Shown piece after piece: positions 58,579 through 64,000 of a DNA stretch of 64,000 nt. Source of the DNA: Sulfolobaceae archaeon (lineage in GTDB: Archaea; Thermoproteota; Thermoprotei_A; Sulfolobales; Sulfolobaceae); contig JAWARQ010000006.1 of assembly GCA_038893355.1 (NCBI GenBank), forward strand, positions 1-64,000. Reading direction: 5' to 3'. The position numbers were made by a program, and so were the translations under genes. The notes below the pieces were generated by a model that saw only the letters and a list, made by a program, of their open reading frames with translations, was not told where the DNA came from and did not search any database. Within the stretch, counting starts at the first letter, position 1; each line of letters opens with the position of its first letter.

Positions 58579-59475
58579 GTGGAGGAAGCTCTTATAAAGC
58601 TAATAAAGGATGTTGTCTTACCTTCTCTTAATAATTCCATGACTCCATTTCCAATAGATAAGAAAATCTGTACTAATTGGGCTAACGATTTACCTAACGA
58701 AGGGGAAACAATACTATATACGGGCTGCATGTATCAAATCTCCCCATTACTAGAAGAAATAGAACAGCATATTGACAAATTTACTAGATTGCCTTTTTTT
58801 ACTAAGTTATCTGCGTTAGTTAGATTTTTAAAGCCAAAGGAAGATCGAATTTTAAGATCTTATAAGATATTAAAGAATATTGCAAATCTCCTTAAGAAGA
58901 ATTCGATAAGCTTCGCTTACCTATATGAAGAAGAGCCTTATAGTGGAGCTTTGTTATTAGAATTCGGATTATTAAAGGAGTTCAGAGAGTATATAGAAAA
59001 GGTATTTAATCTCTTCCAAAAAAAGGGTATAAAAAGGATAATTACCGTTGATCCACATTCATATAATGCACTTGTTAGAGGTAAAGAATTATTAGGAGTG
59101 AATATAGAAATTATACCATATTTTGAATTAATAAGTAAAGTGAACGTAATAAGCGAAGCCAACGGAGAGAAAGAATACGTTATTCACGATTCTTGTCTCT
59201 ACTTCCGGTTTCATAATAAGAGGGGATATAAGGATCTAGCAGAAAAGGCTGGAGTGAAAGTAGTAGAAGATTGGCTAATAAATGATAGGGAAAATGGTAC
59301 ATGTTGTGGTTATCCGATTTATATGATTAATAAAGAATTAAGTGAAAAAATAGCAAAGTATCGTGTTTCTCAATTGAATAAAGTATCTAAAAATATAATC
59401 GTAGTTTGTCCTTTCTGCTATATGAATTTATCCAGATTTGGAAATGTAATAGACTTAGCAGAATTAATAACTTAA
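58579..59475 (+). CDS. CCG-domain Fe-S protein (GlcF/HdrB-like)
   Basis: YTGC, TVDPH, HDSC, CCG, VVCPFC. Confidence 0.8.
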   Translation: MEEALIKLIKDVVLPSLNNSMTPFPIDKKICTNWANDLPNEGETILYTGCMYQISPLLEEIEQHIDKFTRLPFFTKLSALVRFLKPKEDRILRSYKILKNIANLLKKNSISFAYLYEEEPYSGALLLEFGLLKEFREYIEKVFNLFQKKGIKRIITVDPHSYNALVRGKELLGVNIEIIPYFELISKVNVISEANGEKEYVIHDSCLYFRFHNKRGYKDLAEKAGVKVVEDWLINDRENGTCCGYPIYMINKELSEKIAKYRVSQLNKVSKNIIVVCPFCYMNLSRFGNVIDLAELIT

Positions 59476-59481
59476 CTTAGT

Positions 59482-59827
59482 ACTTTTATAGTAGGAATTT
59501 ATAATTAAATTATGGATGTTGGAAAGTTATTATCTAAGAAATGGAAAAGAATAATACCATTAATATGGGTCGCATACCTTATGGCATTCCTTGATAGGAC
59601 AAATATTAGTTTAGCTCAATTAGGTATGGCTAGCGATTTAGGAATAACGGCTACACTTTTATAGTAGGAATTTATAATTAAATTATGGATGTTGGAAAGT
59701 TATTATCTAAGAAATGGAAAAGAATAATACCATTAATATGGGTCGCATACCTTATGGCATTCCTTGATAGGACAAATATTAGTTTAGCTCAATTAGGTAT
59801 GGCTAGCGATTTAGGAATAACGGCTAC
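59482..59827 (+). repeat. Exact 173-bp tandem duplication (59482-59654 / 59655-59827)
   Basis: Both copies read ACTTTTATAGTAGG...ATGGATGTTGG...GGAATAACGGCTAC; ATGs at 59512 and 59685. Confidence 0.95.
59512..59664 (+). pseudogene. Truncated 50-codon copy of the MFS transporter N-terminus
   Basis: MDVGKLLSKKWKR...GITATLL* produced by the duplication junction. Confidence 0.8.
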
Positions 59828-60974
59828 TGAATTTGGTCTTGCTTCTGGAATTTTCTTTATAGGCTACTTCATATTAGAAGTTCCAGGGACGTATATAGTT
59901 GAAAGATATAGTGCAAGAATATGGATAATGAGAATTATGGTATCCTGGGGAATAGTTGCATCTTTAACTGGTCTTATTCAAAATGCATTACAACTCTACA
60001 TAGCTAGATTTATATTAGGTTTAATGGAAGCTAGTTTCTTCCCCGGAATAATTGTATATCTAACCCATTGGTTTACCGCTGAAGAAAGGGCTAGAGCGGT
60101 AGGATTTTTCATGTCCGCAGTAGCAGTTTCTAATGCAGTAGCTTCACCTATAGGAGGTTTGCTATTAGGTGTGAATTGGTTTGGATTAGCAGGGTGGAGA
60201 TGGTTACTAATATTAGAAGGAATACCTTCAATAATTTGGGGTATAGTAATACTATTCTTGCTAGATGATTGGCCGAAAGATGCAAGATGGCTTACTGAAG
60301 AAGAGAAAATATATATATACAACCAACTAGAGGCTGAGAAAAAAGATAAGCCAGAGAACTTAATTCAGTCTATCAGAACTGGCCTATTCCATCCATGGGT
60401 AATATTGTTAGCTTTAGTCTACTTTTTACTGGTTACGTCCCTATATGGTGTGACATTTTTCTCCCCATCAATATTAAAGAGCCTATTCGGATCTTCTAAC
60501 GTATTAATAGGGATTATGAACGGTATCCTTTACGCGTTAGCTGCAATAGCCATGATATTAAATGGTAGGCATGCAGATAGAACTAGAGAAAGGTTTTATC
60601 ATAGTTCCATTCCAATGATAGTGGGCTTTCTAGGCTTTTTACTACTCTCCTTATTTACTAATTCATTACCATCATCAATCTTATTTGTCTTCTTAATAAT
60701 AGCAACTGTCGGAGTCTATGCCGCATTTCCACCATTTTGGCCAATTCCACAAACTACATTATACGGAATAACTAGGGCTGTAGCGATAGGGTGGATAAAC
60801 TCTATAGGCAATCTAGGAGGCTTTGCAGGACCATATATCTTCGGATATCTTAGAGATTTAACTGGTTCGCTTATTTTCAGTGAGCTTTTCCTATCTTTGT
60901 CTGTAGTATTTTCTGCGATAGTGCTATTGTCACTAAGGTACTTAATGAAAAAGAGTGGCGTTAAATTCTCATAA
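59685..60974 (+). CDS. MFS transporter, anion:cation symporter (TtuB-like) family
   Basis: LDRTNIS, FFIGY..EVP, RFILG..EA.FFPG, GWRW..ILEG.P, INSIGNLGGF.GP. Confidence 0.9.
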   Translation: MDVGKLLSKKWKRIIPLIWVAYLMAFLDRTNISLAQLGMASDLGITATEFGLASGIFFIGYFILEVPGTYIVERYSARIWIMRIMVSWGIVASLTGLIQNALQLYIARFILGLMEASFFPGIIVYLTHWFTAEERARAVGFFMSAVAVSNAVASPIGGLLLGVNWFGLAGWRWLLILEGIPSIIWGIVILFLLDDWPKDARWLTEEEKIYIYNQLEAEKKDKPENLIQSIRTGLFHPWVILLALVYFLLVTSLYGVTFFSPSILKSLFGSSNVLIGIMNGILYALAAIAMILNGRHADRTRERFYHSSIPMIVGFLGFLLLSLFTNSLPSSILFVFLIIATVGVYAAFPPFWPIPQTTLYGITRAVAIGWINSIGNLGGFAGPYIFGYLRDLTGSLIFSELFLSLSVVFSAIVLLSLRYLMKKSGVKFS

Positions 60975-61007
60975 GAATTTTTTTAACTTTAATCAAATTA
61001 TATACTT

Positions 61008-62198
<1,191 letters not shown>

Positions 62199-62200
62199 TA

Positions 62201-62743
62201 ATGGGCTTAATTGATGTTACTAATTTAAAGAACGAGGAGGAGAAGAGGTCATTAGAAGTTGTAGAAAAATCAATTCAAGATATGGGATTTCCCATAATTA
62301 TAGATAAGAGAACTGGTAACCCGTTATGGGTAAGTACTAGAGAATTAAGGTTAAGGTATATAATACCTATAAAGAATATAATGGAGTTCTTTGATAATTT
62401 GAAAAATGGCAAACTATTAGGAACTAAATGTGATAAATGTGGAAAAATTTACTTTCCACCACAGCGAGATTGTAGTGAGTGTATGAATTCTAATTTAAAA
62501 TATGTAGAATTATCAAATGAGGGAGAACTCTTAACTTATACGATAATAAATGTAAAGCCATCTAGTTTCTCTCACTATCCAGATTATATAGTAGGCGTTG
62601 TAAGATTAAAAGAAGGGGTAAATATTTTAGGATGGGTAAATGTTAACCCTAAAGAGATTAAAGTTGGAATGAAGTTAAAGATTATAATAACAAGAAGAGA
62701 ACCAGAAGGATATTATATTTATGAATTTATTAGAAAAGAATAA
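62201..62743 (+). CDS. DUF35 Zn-ribbon/OB-fold protein (thiolase partner)
   Basis: CDKCG..YFPP...C..C, GELLTYT, IKVGM. Confidence 0.88.
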   Translation: MGLIDVTNLKNEEEKRSLEVVEKSIQDMGFPIIIDKRTGNPLWVSTRELRLRYIIPIKNIMEFFDNLKNGKLLGTKCDKCGKIYFPPQRDCSECMNSNLKYVELSNEGELLTYTIINVKPSSFSHYPDYIVGVVRLKEGVNILGWVNVNPKEIKVGMKLKIIITRREPEGYYIYEFIRKE

Positions 62744-62763
62744 AAAATTTTTATTTATTTTAA

Positions 62764-64000
62764 TTATTCTTTTAACTCACTTTTTACGGTTTCTCTAGCT
62801 AAGAATATAGCTATTGCTGAACTTATTCCATAAGCTAAACCTAATAATCCTATATAAATTGCAGCAGCGCTCGCACCACCAAGGCTTGCTACAAATATTC
62901 CAGCAATAATTGGGGCTAAACCACCAGAGAAGGGTGATGCTATATGATAAGTAAATGCAGTACCAGTATATCTATACTTGGTGGGATAATGCTCAGCGAA
63001 ATAAGCAGGTAGGACTGCATAACCAAACAATACGATATTTAAAAGCATTATTTGTGCTAGTAATGCTATAATTGGGTCTTTCAAGTTAAGCATTAGTATA
63101 TAAGGTATACTAAGAAGACCAGAACTTATAGATGATATTAAAAGTACTGGTCTTCTACCTATTTTATCAGCAACAACAGAACCTAAAACAGTTATGAATA
63201 CTGCAATTACGGATGCTATGAGTACTGTAAATGTTGCAAATGGTCTAGTAAATCCTAGTAATACTAAATAACCTTGAGAGAAGCTTGTAATTATATAGAA
63301 CAAGGAATTTACATACCACCAACCTATTGCTAATAATAATACAGTCTTCCACTGTTCTTTAAGTAGTGTTGCAAATGGAACCTTTTCTACTTGTCTAGTT
63401 TCTAAAAATCGTTTAAATAGTGGAGTTTCACTAATTTTATACCTAATTATTATACCAATTACAATAACTATCGCACCAATATAAAATGGTACTCTCCAGC
63501 CCCAGCTTAAGAAGTCTTGTTGTGAAAGTGAAGTTGAGAGGGCTAAAAATACACCATTAGCAGCTATTAACCCAAATGGAACACCCTGTTGTACCCAACT
63601 ACCCCAAAATGCCCTATATTTACTCTTAGCCGTAAATTCTGCTACTAATGCAGTAGCCCCACCCCACTCCCCACCAACACCTAAACTTTGAATAAGCCTA
63701 AATATTGTTACTAATATCCCAGCAAGAACACCAATTCCTATCCATCCTCCCATAGGATTATATGGTGGGGTTAATCCTATTCCTAAAGTTCCTATTCCCA
63801 TTGTCAATAAAGTCCAAATAAGCATATTTTTCCTTCCTAACTTATCACCAAAATGTCCAAATAATATTGCGCCTATTGGCCTACCAATAAAACCTACACC
63901 GAAGGAAATTATCGAGTTTAGTAAGCTAGTTGCAGGATCTTTTGATGGAAAGAAAACTTGCGGCCATGCTATAGTAGCTGCTGTACCTGCTATAAAGAAA
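62764..64000 (-). CDS. MFS transporter, metabolite:H+ symporter family (5'-partial; starts beyond window)
   Basis: Frame open to the window edge: GRPIGAILFGHFGDKLGRK, GGEWGGA, WGWRVPF, ETP. Confidence 0.9.
   Translation of the reverse strand, partial: FFIAGTAATIAWPQVFFPSKDPATSLLNSIISFGVGFIGRPIGAILFGHFGDKLGRKNMLIWTLLTMGIGTLGIGLTPPYNPMGGWIGIGVLAGILVTIFRLIQSLGVGGEWGGATALVAEFTAKSKYRAFWGSWVQQGVPFGLIAANGVFLALSTSLSQQDFLSWGWRVPFYIGAIVIVIGIIIRYKISETPLFKRFLETRQVEKVPFATLLKEQWKTVLLLAIGWWYVNSLFYIITSFSQGYLVLLGFTRPFATFTVLIASVIAVFITVLGSVVADKIGRRPVLLISSISSGLLSIPYILMLNLKDPIIALLAQIMLLNIVLFGYAVLPAYFAEHYPTKYRYTGTAFTYHIASPFSGGLAPIIAGIFVASLGGASAAAIYIGLLGLAYGISSAIAIFLARETVKSELKE

Noticed and set aside
58030-58600. 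Integrated virus or plasmid at tRNA-Leu
   Set aside because: No integrase fragment or duplicated tRNA segment within the window.

Overview
AT-rich chromosomal segment of a thermoacidophilic crenarchaeon (order Sulfolobales, judged from the unsplit rpoB, the rpoH-B-A1-A2-L30e-nusA-S12 cluster, an S7-EF1a-S10 operon without EF-2, radA, Tes and the SSO0001-type Cas4). Most of the window is core genome: transcription and translation machinery, purine, thiamine and cobamide enzymes, tetraether synthase, four tRNAs (Glu-CUC with a D-loop intron, Thr-CGU, Ser-GGA, Leu-GAG) and one clear plus one possible box C/D sRNA. The most unusual element is a compact 285-aa TnpB-like RuvC/zinc-ribbon protein (42381-43238). 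Its catalytic D-E-D triad is intact, it has no transposon context and no free space for an omegaRNA, and it is translationally coupled behind an RNase Z-like hydrolase and a class II amidotransferase. It may be a domesticated nuclease module, and a solo Cas4 and a structured 409-bp intergenic region lie within 5 kb. Other oddities are a nested IS6-fragment/MITE insertion between two tRNAs, two conserved genes with no canonical start codon, and an exact 173-bp tandem duplication of a transporter promoter and 5' end. All calls come from reading motifs; no database searches were run.
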